From Octopus bimaculoides (taxonomy: Eukaryota), in assembly GCF_001194135.2 (NCBI RefSeq), contig NC_068982.1, positions 19,736,897 through 19,800,896 of the forward strand: a stretch of 64,000 nt of DNA, written 5' to 3'. Every line of letters begins with the position of its first letter. Position 1 is the first letter of the stretch. The notes under the pieces were generated by a model. That model worked only from the letters and a program-made list of their open reading frames with translations. It did not search any database and had not been told where the DNA came from. Position numbers and translations under genes: made by a program. Positions 53,090 to 64,000 of this stretch are shown in pieces.

Positions 53090-54400
53090 TTGTTGCGAGC
53101 GCAAAAATAACTATCATGACAGTTAATTTTTGCACGACAAAGGTAGCCGTTTCCACAAATATAAATTTATCAAAGACCAATTAATCAAACAGAAAACCAA
53201 TTTTAAAAGCAGTACCACATAACGGGGTAATTTCCGCCAGTAGGTCCACCAACAACAGTCACATACAATAGTTCCTCTAAAGATTGGTCATTATGTTGTA
53301 AATGCTGAAATACTTAAAAAGAAAAGAAAATGTAGATTGGTCAAGTTCCTCAATACCAAAATGGAATCTTCTTCATCTAAACACCACATCTTTCTGATTA
53401 TTTCCCTCATCGGGTGAATAATTCCCCATTTTACTACAAGAGAAATGCATTTATTATTACTGAGTTGTATCAGTACTTACATAGCAGACGTTGGTTGAGA
53501 TTGTGATCCCAAAACCTGGAGAAATTTTATTGACTCTAATAAAGTGAGTTTTAAAACTGGATTATTGCACAATTCTATTGAGAATCATTCGAATCTTCAA
53601 GTAGTTATCGCTTGAATTTATGAAGCACATGAAACCATCGAACTAATCGTAAGGCTCTTCAAATGCAAGAATTAGATTTAGAATATTTGTGATCACCCTA
53701 ATGTCTCATTAATTCCAGGTTTGCGTGCACAAAGCATAAGTGCTTGCATATATGGCTTAGCAGGAGGGAGAGGAATCAGGATGGAAAATAAACCACCGGA
53801 AACTGAATGTGTTATTGGAGAATATAACGCACAAAACTAACTGTAGGTGACTATCTGAGTATATAAAAGCCCCCACTTGTCATTAAAAGCGAGTCAGATA
53901 AAAATCTTCGTGAAGTATACGGATCCTCAATATAGGAGTTTAGAATATTGCATGAATAAATTGAACACAAATTTCACAGATCCGTACTTAGAAGTCAGAG
54001 TTTTTACTGGACCAATGATCAGTAGTGTCATGCTCTTCGTCATACTAAGTGAAACGAAATTACAACATAGGAAAACTAATTTGAAAAGTAAATTTTATTC
54101 GGAAAATATACGTTGAAATTCAAAAGATATATGATGCAGAATGCCTCGGAGATCACATTCTTAATGTCCTAATGTTAACTTCTTTCTGCCAAACTTTAGG
54201 TAGTGAAGGATGAGCATTTTGAGTGTCTCCTACAGAAAGTCCCCATTCCAGAGAACTTCAGCCAACATATGATAGGAGATTACTGTTGGCTCCTGCAGGA
54301 AAAACGACGAAATTTCATTCAACAAAGCAAAGCGTAAAAGACTGCAAAAAGTTTCAATTTGTAATAGGAAATGGACTTCTATTGCAACAGCGAAAATTTG
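53090..54400 (+). mobile_element. heavily decayed DDE DNA transposase (superfamily not assigned)
   Basis: Colinear remnants: DPKTWRNFIDSNKVSFKTGLLHN; TKHKCLHIWLSR; LSLKASQIKIFVK..VFTGPMI; DEH..HMIGDYCWLL. These match, from recall, a widespread family with WRLFIDSS..SLKAVLLHN and MLADYCW motifs. Confidence 0.7.
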
Positions 54401-55139
54401 TTTCTAACGAAATAAGTAAAAACTAATATTAAGCCCGATTGATGGATGAGTGCGTGTATGAGTAGTAACCCTGAACATGACACTCCATTGACTGCCCTAA
54501 GACAAGAGAAAAGAAGGACAAACCTTGTAACATTATTTCAGTATGGCTAACATAAAACATGACACAGAAATGTAATATACACTCCTTATTCAACGGAGGC
54601 CGGGTTAATGGAGGCCAATAAGTTAGTCTTTGTTAACATAACACTTGAATATGCCTGGGCAATTTTGTTATCAGATCTGAATTCAAAATTAGTGATATAG
54701 AACACCATTGTGGTCAGAGTGAAAAATTGAAATGTTTACCTACAATTCAGAAGCTTTAGATACGATAAAGAAAATCATATACTCAAACAAACGCAAGACA
54801 CACCATTTTCACAATAAAGAGTCCAGCTTTGTACATTTAATTCCAAGACACAAATATTGCATACTCTCTACACAACTTAACCAGCGGATACACTATACAA
54901 TCATAACATATTAAATAACACAAATCGTATGCTTATGTAACAGAAACCACCACAAATCGCACAAGCTGTCTTGCGCATTTTCTACACACCAATAAAATAT
55001 CAGAACATTTTTTATACATCAGAAACAATGAATCAAAAATCACAACAAAATGAAATTGATAATAGATTTTAAAGAACAATAAAGTACATTCTTCAAATAC
55101 AAGCATTGTACTTGGTGATACAGCTGAATTTCACATGTA

Positions 55140-55320
55140 TCTACACAATAATAATGGATTCTAGTTTTGGCACTATACCAGCAATTTTAGAAAAAGTGTA
55201 AAACGATTTCATCGATGCCAGTGCACGAATAGTACTTATTTTATCGAACCCCAAAATAGAAAATAAGAAGTTGACTCCACCGAAATCTGAACAGACAATG
55301 TTGAAGGGCGGAAGATGTGT
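55140..55320 (-). mobile_element. family B SINE, old
   Basis: ttcatcgatgccagtgcacgaatagtacttattttatcgaacccc..gttgactccaccgaaatctgaac. Confidence 0.65.
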
Positions 55321-55377
55321 CGTTAAGCGGTTTCTCTTATGGGCTAACGTTTCTTTCTTCTAGCCGCCTTAATGATT

Positions 55378-55452
<75 letters not shown>

Positions 55453-56771
55453 TGTAATCTTGGCAGAAAAACACGAAGATTGTTGACAATGCATAAAATG
55501 TACCACCCTTAGGCAAATATAGAACGACTTCACCTGCTAAGAAAAGAGGGTGGCCATGGACTTTTACGACTGGAATTAACAATGAAGATTGCCACAATTG
55601 GCCTAGACACCTGCCTAAAAAACCCTGCTGACTAGTCTCAAAGATGTTAAAACTTGTCTCAAAGCATGAACACAAGAAGGCATCATAGTCAGTAGTAAAA
55701 CAGGCTAAGTGAATTCCAAATACAGCAAATTACAGACTTAGACGTACTGGAAACAAGCACAGAAAAAGCTAAGCGTATGAAAACCCGTGCTAAAACTGCT
55801 GCCTTAGATATTCTTACTGATAAATGACAAGAAAAACGTCTTAATGGCAAATATCCAAAGAGAGCTAATAGTGCCGATATTGAAAAATCCCTTACTCTTC
55901 AATGGTTAGTGTCTTCTGGCTTAAAATCAGAAACAGAAGGGTCTATCATAACAGCCCAAGATCGATGCCAACCTACAAGGAACTACAAAGCCAGCATATT
56001 GAAGAATGGCAGCTTCCCAACATGTCGTGTATGTCAACAACAAAATGAAACCATTGATCATATTATCTCTGTGTGCAGTCTTCTTGCTCCTACGGAGTGT
56101 CTCCACAGGCATGAAAGAGCAGCACAATATATTCACTGGGTAATTTGCAAAAACCTGGACCTGCCACATGATAAAAACTGGTGGGAACACAAACCACATC
56201 TAGTGTTTCAAAATAATCTCATCTCACTCCTCTGGGACTTCACCATTCATACTGACAAATAGATCCGAATACGCCTGACACTATATTGAAAGATTTCAGA
56301 CAAAAATCATGCCTCCTCATTGATATGACTGTCCCAATTGATATAAACGTATCTGTCAAGACCTACCAAAAGCTGAGCAAGTGTAAAGTTCACGGAATAG
56401 AAATTGGCAAGATGTAGAACCTGAAGACTAAAACAATGCCTGTTCTCATAGGTGCCCTAGGAATGATAGCAAAAGGGGCTGATTCCTACCTAGCTCAGAT
56501 ACCAGGAAACTCCAAAATGGTAGAAATTCAAAAGATAGTGCTCATGAGAACTGCCCATATCTTAAGTAAAATACCGTCTATGAAATCTCAAATTTTGAAA
56601 AAAACTCATAATTTTCCTGTTTTCTTAAACACTCTCTGGAAAATTACTCTGTGTAAAACCAAATATATGACACCCTAGGCATAACACTAGCATGAACTTC
56701 TAACTTGTTTCTTGAGATCTCTGGGTGAGACTTGGAATCAACTTGTACAAATACAAAGCAAAAATCAAACA
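55453..56771 (+). mobile_element. R4/Dong-like RLE LINE, 5'-truncated, inserted in (TAA)n
   Basis: RKTRRLLTMHKMYHP..LKSETEGSIITAQD..CRVCQQQNETIDHIISVC..RHERAAQYIHW..LLWDFTIHTDK..QKIVLMRTAHIL. (TAA)n on both sides. Confidence 0.93.
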
Positions 56772-56791
56772 AATAAATAATAATAATAATG

Positions 56792-56843
<52 letters not shown>

Positions 56844-56867
56844 CAACAACAACTTTTTAAGTCTGGT

Positions 56868-57043
56868 ACTTGTATCGGTCTCTTTTGCCAAACGCACCAA
56901 AACTGGCTGTCAAGTGTTGGTGGGAGATAAACACAGACAAAAAGAGACACACTCATAAACACACGCATACACGCACACACACACACACACACACAGACAC
57001 ACACACATACATACATACATACATACATACATACATACATACA

Positions 57044-57079
<36 letters not shown>

Positions 57080-57140
57080 CAAAAGACTTCTTTCAGATTC
57101 CATCTAGCAAATCCATTCACCAGACTTTGGTTGGCCTGAT
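56868..57140 (-). mobile_element. family A SINE fragment
   Basis: cttttgccaaacgcacc..gtcaagtgttggtgggagataaacacagacaa..ttccatctagcaaatccattcac. Confidence 0.75.
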
Positions 57141-58394
57141 TCCTAAAAATATAGAGTCGATCGAAGCGGAGGTGAAGAAAATACAATATCATAATTTATA
57201 AGCAGATCATTGAATGAAATCGTAATTGTTGAGACTGTCTTGTACAGTGGGTTTCCAGTTTTGTTGCAGGATGGACCAATCGTTACCCTGCAACTGAGAG
57301 TTTGCCGTTGAGACAACTGGGAAGTGGGTAATTAAATATGTTTATTATGTTATTATGAAATCAATCTGGTAAATGGACAGATTTTAGTTTAGCAAAGGAA
57401 ACGATTCTCAGTACTACCGATCGAAGAGTTTCTGACCATGCCAGGACAATATGGAGAAATAGTTGGCTTACTGCGTTGGAATTTGAAATAATTAGGCTAA
57501 GAGTTTCACACAGAGATATAGATGATGTACAAGACGGAGTTGAGGAAGACAAAAATTGTATAATGTTCATTTACCTGAACATTATCCAATTAAAATCGCA
57601 TATGGAGGTGCAACTGGAACGATGTACGTTGTAAAAGTATCTAATAGAATGGTCGAGAAAGAAAAAGGCTGCAAAGAAAATTTCTCTATAGTATAGAAAA
57701 AAAATCGTTTGGTGCCAAAAAGGCATTTAAGGATATTGATAGAACTAAACTGGAAGAGATAGAGAAAGAAAGAAATCGAATCGCTCACCATATGAAAACA
57801 AGCATTAAATCTGAATTCAACAACTGATAAAAGCAGCTAATACATATGTGAAAACATATTATTTATGCTTGTAAGACATCAAAAGTGGAATTGTGGAGTG
57901 AAAACCCTGATAGAAGAGAATACCAAGGGAAAATAAAATTATCGAGATCTGATGCAAATTTATTGGAAAACAAACGATATATCAGGTGAAATCTCAAGGG
58001 AAATATGCTGATTTACAAAGAAAATTTTATATAAGAACTGTGTAACAATTGCACCGGAAAGGTAGAAACAGATGATTTTCATAAAAACATCTGAAAGCAG
58101 AAGACAGTTGCATAGAGTAAACCTATATAAAATAAATGTACATTTTTTTGTGTGGATCAGAAATTGATACATGAAGACGAGAGTGGAAATGTACCCAAGT
58201 AAAGTCATACCACTTGCAGAAAAATGTACGAATTTCTAGTTAGAAATTTAAGTCGAACAAAAGATTCTTAATGCCAAACTTGAATAATGAAAGATAATTA
58301 GAGATGAAGAAAAAATCAATAACCAGGAAAACTGACAGTTACAAGCGTGGTGGGAAAATTGTGACAGAAAATTTTCCAATGTAAAACCCGGGTG

Positions 58395-58600
58395 TGAGGG
58401 GATTTCTAGCGCACTTGGCAAAATGCTTCACGGAATTTCGATCATCTTTACGTTCTGAGTTCAGGGTTGATTTTACCTTTCGGCCCTTTCAGGGTTGATA
58501 AAACGAGTATGCTTTGAACACTAGGGTTGATATAGTCGACTTACTCCCTCCCTGCAAATATGCTGGCCTTGTGAAAAAGAAAATTGAAACCAGTATTTGC
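58395..58600 (+). mobile_element. family B SINE
   Basis: ctttacgttctgagttcagggttgattttacctttcggccctttcagggttgataaaacgagta. Confidence 0.75.
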
Positions 58601-58682
58601 AAATTGAATAAGAAATTGTGAGAATACAATACCTCCATGGCTAACACGTGAAAGAATAGTAATAATAATAATAATAATAATA

Positions 58683-58728
<46 letters not shown>

Positions 58729-58769
58729 GGAGGAGGAGGAGGAGGAGGAGGAGGAGGAGGAGGAGGAGG

Positions 58770-58831
<62 letters not shown>

Positions 58832-58832
58832 G

Positions 58833-59017
58833 ACATCAAAAATACCTTAGGAATGAGAACCCAGGTTCGAAATTTTCCCAAGACACCTGATGAAGGCTGG
58901 AGGGTATAGCAGCCGAAACGTTTGTTAACAACAAACAAACAGATGAGGACAAATATCCGTCAATTGTAAATAATCTAAATAATGTACATAATTCCTCATC
59001 TCTTAAATATGGAACTG
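58833..59017 (+). mobile_element. second copy of the hammerhead-bearing body, no tRNA head seen
   Basis: Close match to 1122-1305. Hammerhead motif at 58882-58926 with a damaged stem I. Confidence 0.85.
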
Positions 59018-59081
59018 ATGTATCACCTTAGTCTGCTGGCTGTGGACAGCTGACACTTTCCATCATATCCTGTGAGGTTTC

Positions 59082-59166
<85 letters not shown>

Positions 59167-59443
59167 AAGAAGAAGAAGAAGAAGAAGAAGAAGAAGAAGA
59201 AGAAGAAGAAGAAGAAGAAGAAGAAGAAGAAGAAGAAGGAGGAATTTTCAAAGGAAAATTAATTTTCTTTTAGAGTGATTTTTGCCCCGCTGGGCAAAAA
59301 CATAACACTGCTAATCAGACCAATATGTTGTAGTTTAACTTAGTCACAAATTATAAGAATAAAATGTAACAATAACAATCTTTTTAACGGTAAACAAGGC
59401 GCACACTTACGGCACTCCGAAATACACACCCAGCTCTGGCGAC

Positions 59444-59511
<68 letters not shown>

Positions 59512-59736
59512 CAACAACAATAATAATAATAATAATTCTTTCTAATCTAGGCCCAAGGCCAGCAAATTGGAAGGTAGGGAGTCATTCGATATCATTAACC
59601 ATATTACTTAATTGGTACTTGTTTCATTGTCTTCGGAAGAACGGAAAAACCTAAGTGAATTGGCAGGTATTTAAAGTTAGAAGGTAAAGAGACAAACGAA
59701 ATTGTAGATAGACAAGCTGCTTAATAGCTAGCTAGC

Positions 59737-59767
<31 letters not shown>

Positions 59768-59768
59768 C

Positions 59769-59824
<56 letters not shown>

Positions 59825-61369
59825 CAGACAGACAAACAGACGGACGGACGGACAGATGGATGGATAGATAGATAGATAGATTCCTCCCAGTCTACATGTT
59901 AATTTCAATCTATGTATTGCTGTTTCTAAACGAAATATATCTTATACCACAATAAGAAATCCGATAATGATAGAAAATCAATCTAACTGAAAAGTTGTTT
60001 AAATGTATCTTTGCACTCGCAAAATGTAAACTAAAATGTAAAGATATTGCTTTTATAGTTCATTCTTACATATTGACAATCGAACCTCTGCAAGAAATTT
60101 TAACAATTATTTGAGGTTTAGCATAGAAGAAAACCTACACTAAACTATGCTTAACGAATGGGAACCCTTTCTAATTATAAAACATAGTGGATGAACACAG
60201 CCTTTGATCACGGAATATAACTGATTGACTCTCTTATGCGCAAGATTAAATTAAACGATAATGACACGCTGTCTAGAAGGCACCCAGGGGCGTATATTAC
60301 AGCAATAGTGAAGAAGAAAAGCGTGTTTTCTAAAATAAAATGGCTATAATGAAAACAAGCACCAAATATTCCTAACAGAAAAAGAGAAACTTCAAATATT
60401 AATATGAGAAAAACAAATTAAATTATTACGGCAATATAACTTCAAAAGAAAAATGGAAATCTATATTTCTGTATAGATTTCCCTACAAGTTAAACAATGT
60501 CAAAAATCATCTCTCTAGAAATCATTCCTGCTTAGTTGCCACAGCGTCGACGTATCCTGATAATTATATTTTATTCTGTTTTGTTAATTCTTCATGATAT
60601 ATCTAATATACTACTCAATATACTAACTCAAAAGGCACTTTAAATGCAGCAAATAGTTTCTTTAATCATACCATATATTCTCCAAAATTTGTAGTTTTTA
60701 CTGCATACGCTTTTATATATAAAGAGAGGACGATTTTTGTATTCAATGTAAACATTGGTAGACTTAATGTTTAACAAAGTCATGCCAGAGGTCAAATATT
60801 GACAATAATTCACAGAAATATGAGTGGGATTAAGAAAATAACTTTTTGCTAAGACTGAAAGCTTTACATCATTGATATATAAAAAAAGTGAATGTCTTTT
60901 TTAAATATCGTAAGATATTGCGAAGAATTCTCAAGATTATTTTGTCGAATATTATATATAAAGCAAACATACTTAGAAAAATTTCACTGAGTAGACTAAA
61001 ACAAAGACATTTAGATGTCCTGTGGGGAAAGACTACGAGACATATTATAAAGGAAGGAAAACGTTACAATAACATTTTCTTTTTGTCTTTTAAGAAAACA
61101 CAAGAATAGAAAAATTATATTAGAATGAGGAAAACCCCTATAGTACAGAGTATACCAAAAGCTCTTGCATTATAGTAGCATACGATTTCTGTAGCACACT
61201 GAAACAAACACTAATATCACCAAGCATGTTTTAAGAAGACGCCACAATTCTTTTAAAAATAGAAATTTAGAAATCATCTGCTCAAAGAACTATCGATTAA
61301 ATAACCTACAGCATTAACGATAGATTCGACATTGTAAACGAGCATGTTTGGAAAAAACTAGTAACGTTA

Positions 61370-61545
61370 TGTTTTCAATTTTTGGTACAAGACCAACAGT
61401 TTTCTAGAGGACGGGGAAGTCGATTACATCTATCCCAGTGCTCAACTGGTATTTATTTTTTCGACTCCGGCATCATTTGAACTCACAGCGTAAAGCCGGA
61501 CGAAATGCAGCGCAGCGTTCTCACAATTCTGCTACCTCGCTGCCT
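61370..61545 (-). mobile_element. family B SINE, internally deleted
   Basis: gtcgattacatctatcccagtgctcaactggtatttatttt..tttgaactcacagcgtaaagccggacgaaatgc. Confidence 0.75.
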
Positions 61546-62584
61546 AAAGGAAAAATTATTAATATTATGAGAGTTAATTAAATTTGTGTTAAAAAGTACA
61601 ATAATTAAACAAGATCACTTAAACTGCTTACTCGAAGCAGCTTAAGATATTAGATGTTACTAATATAATAAATAGTTATGTTAGATGTGCTACGGAAAGC
61701 TGCAAAATAAAACTAACCTTACCAAAGACTATTACGATTCTCACTATGAAACTAATTGCTGCTATATACGTATTGTTATATCACTTGTTTTGTTTAGCAC
61801 GAAACTTGCTAATAAATTAGTGAAGTGCTTTGTTTACAAATACATCTGCAACGGAAAACTAATAAATTCTCTTGTGTATATGTGTGATAGAAAATTATAT
61901 TTAAGCGCTGAAAACCAATTAGAAATCCTATTCAAAATAGTCTATGGATTCAGTAAAGACATGTGCATAAACATCTGACGTTAAAAGTGTACCAAGAACA
62001 TCTTAAACCTCTTAAGACGAGAAAACATTAAAAAAAATACTTTGAGAGAGCCAAACATTTAGAAATAAAAGCAAATAGAATATTATTTGTAAAAAAAAAT
62101 ACAAAGAAATTAATCAGACAAAATACGGCATGAACTAATTAATTTTTTGAAAATGCTTAATTGCATAACACAGGAAATTAGGTTAGCGTTATGAACAGAA
62201 CTACACGTAAAAGCTAAATTAATTATCACAGACAATTTGACATGGGTTAAATTATTTCAGTAATTATTGACCATTCCAGTAGTGAATTAGTGAGTTGATC
62301 ATTTGATAGGTATTTGAGGCAGGGAAGTATTTTGGCAACTGAATATAATAAAGGGAAATATAATGGATCTGGTGAAACATAGTCAACTAGGAATGGCTAA
62401 TGAGGACAAAATTGTTAATACAACACACAATTATAAAATTTACGTAGAAAACCAGGAACTAAATTCTTGAAAATATTTTTCAAAGAATTATGAAATTGCC
62501 TCTTCGGAACCAAGGGGTGTCTTACAAATTTGGGAACGAATGAAATTCGTTTCTCTAGCTAGGAAATCAGTTATGTAATCTTTT

Positions 62585-62908
62585 ATTTCTTATATGTTTC
62601 AGTCAATTGACTGCTGCCATACTGGGGCATCATTTTAAAGCGTTCAAGTCGAACAAAATGACCCCAGGCATACTTGTTTTAGCCAGCAACATATTCTATC
62701 GGTCACTTTTGTCGAACCACTAGATTACGGAGACATAAACATCAACACCAGTTGTCAAGCAGTGGTGGGAGACAATCACAAAGAGGTATATATATATTGT
62801 AAATGGATCTGGTAGACGTAAACTGGAAGAAGCCTGTTGTATTGTTTTATTCTTTTACTTGTTTTAGTCATTTGGTTGCGGCCATGCTGGAGCACAACCT
62901 TATGTATG

Positions 62909-62948
<40 letters not shown>

Positions 62949-62958
62949 NNNNNNNNNN

Positions 62959-63000
<42 letters not shown>

Positions 63001-63157
63001 CACAGGTTTCTTCCAGCTTCCGTCTACCAAATCTACTCACAAGTCTTTGGTCGGCCCGAAGCTCTAGTAGAAGACACTTGCCTAAAGTGCCATCCTGTGG
63101 GACTGAACCCGCAGCCATATGGTTGGAAAGCAAGCTTCCTACCACGCAGTCACGCCT
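62585..63157 (-). mobile_element. composite of family A SINE pieces
   Basis: Two 3' tails (about 62590 and 62845) and one head (rc of cctaccacgcagtcacgcct) with internal (TA)n and gap. Confidence 0.8.
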
Positions 63158-64000
63158 ATAGAGAGGTAGTCAACAAGCTGCTACAGAGTCGAACCCAGTA
63201 CCTCCCGAATTATGGCTAAACTCTTTGGACTATTAAGTGAAGCGACAAGTCACATGCGTATAGCTGTTGTAAATGTCAAGATATCTCGAGACAGAACGAA
63301 AGAGCAACAGAAAAAGAAGTACAATACACTGATTTTATGACTAAAAAGATATGACGATATAAATTCCAAAAATATCAAAGTACAACAAGATGATGATGAC
63401 AGACAAATGTGAAAAGAACCCAAAATAATCCACTGATGGCAGTCTGTAAGCTGAAATAAATTATTTTATTATAGCATCAAAAGGCTAGATCTCACCCACA
63501 ATAAACTACCTCAAACATATAAGAAGGAAATCATACTATGTACTTAGTAAATACTCAATTGAAAACATTGTGTCGTGATGTCCGTCTTTAGGCAAATCAG
63601 CAATGTCATTACGATATCATTGTGTAGATAGGTGTATTAATGGAGCAGCATTCAGGGCGGACAAGAAGAAATAAAATAACCAAATCTGTCATTGAGAAGA
63701 ACTAATTTATAATACACTAGAATAAACACGTGTGTACATTCACTATGAAAAATGCGAATAAATACAATGAATTTAAAAAAAGTACCCAACAGAACAAAAG
63801 TTATACAAATAGCTGGGGTCAAATACAATCCATCAAGTGCAAGAATTCGTTCTTAATGAATAGAAACTAAAAGAAAGCTGCGCTCAGCATATAAGTGGAT
63901 GAGATTAATAATCGAAAAACATGGGTTTCCCCTGATACTTTGGTTTAACAATATATATATATATATATATATATCTGTGTGTGTGTGTGTGTATATATGT

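Larger units (their letters stand above)
57361..63800 (+). mobile_element. old fragmented R4/Dong-like LINE (colinear remnants)
   Basis: 57361-58390 N-terminal region (RVSDHARTIWRNSWLTALEFEII); 61690-62400 RT (INSLVYMCDRKLYLSAENQLEILFKIVYGFSKD); 63300-63800 zinc-finger region (IENIVS*CPSL..LRYHCV). Interrupted by SINEs and microsatellites; the 59.9-61.3 kb part is barely recognisable. Confidence 0.55.

Noticed and set aside
53279-53316. Apparent minus-strand exon HLQHNDQSLEEL that joins the 46.6 kb exon in frame
   Set aside because: It lies antisense within the decayed DDE transposase, so the in-frame join is probably chance.

Overview
Eukaryotic, AT-rich, repeat-dense DNA with many N-gaps that abut microsatellites. 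The repeat families look like those of a coleoid cephalopod, probably Octopus (inferred from recognising the repeats, not from a search). No complete protein-coding gene can be supported, and almost all ORFs in the supplied track are microsatellite or gap artefacts. The window is mostly transposon debris: several tRNA-derived SINE families, R4/Dong-like RLE LINE fragments beside (TAA)n arrays, Penelope-like (PLE) RT/GIY-YIG remnants, an RTE LINE with a clean twin-priming 5' inversion, two Tc1/mariner remnants, a decayed DDE transposase, two MITEs, and a Helitron inserted into another copy of its own family. The most notable signals are (i) five minimal hammerhead-ribozyme motifs, one of them inside a tRNA-headed SINE-like element and two in the arms of a nested inverted-repeat complex; (ii) a CpG-rich multi-stem element near 16.2 kb; (iii) a pre-miRNA-like hairpin near 11.4 kb; and (iv) weak, colinear minus-strand candidate exons with opsin-like TM1 and TM6/TM7 patterns. 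All coordinates were read by eye and repeat ends may be off by several bases.
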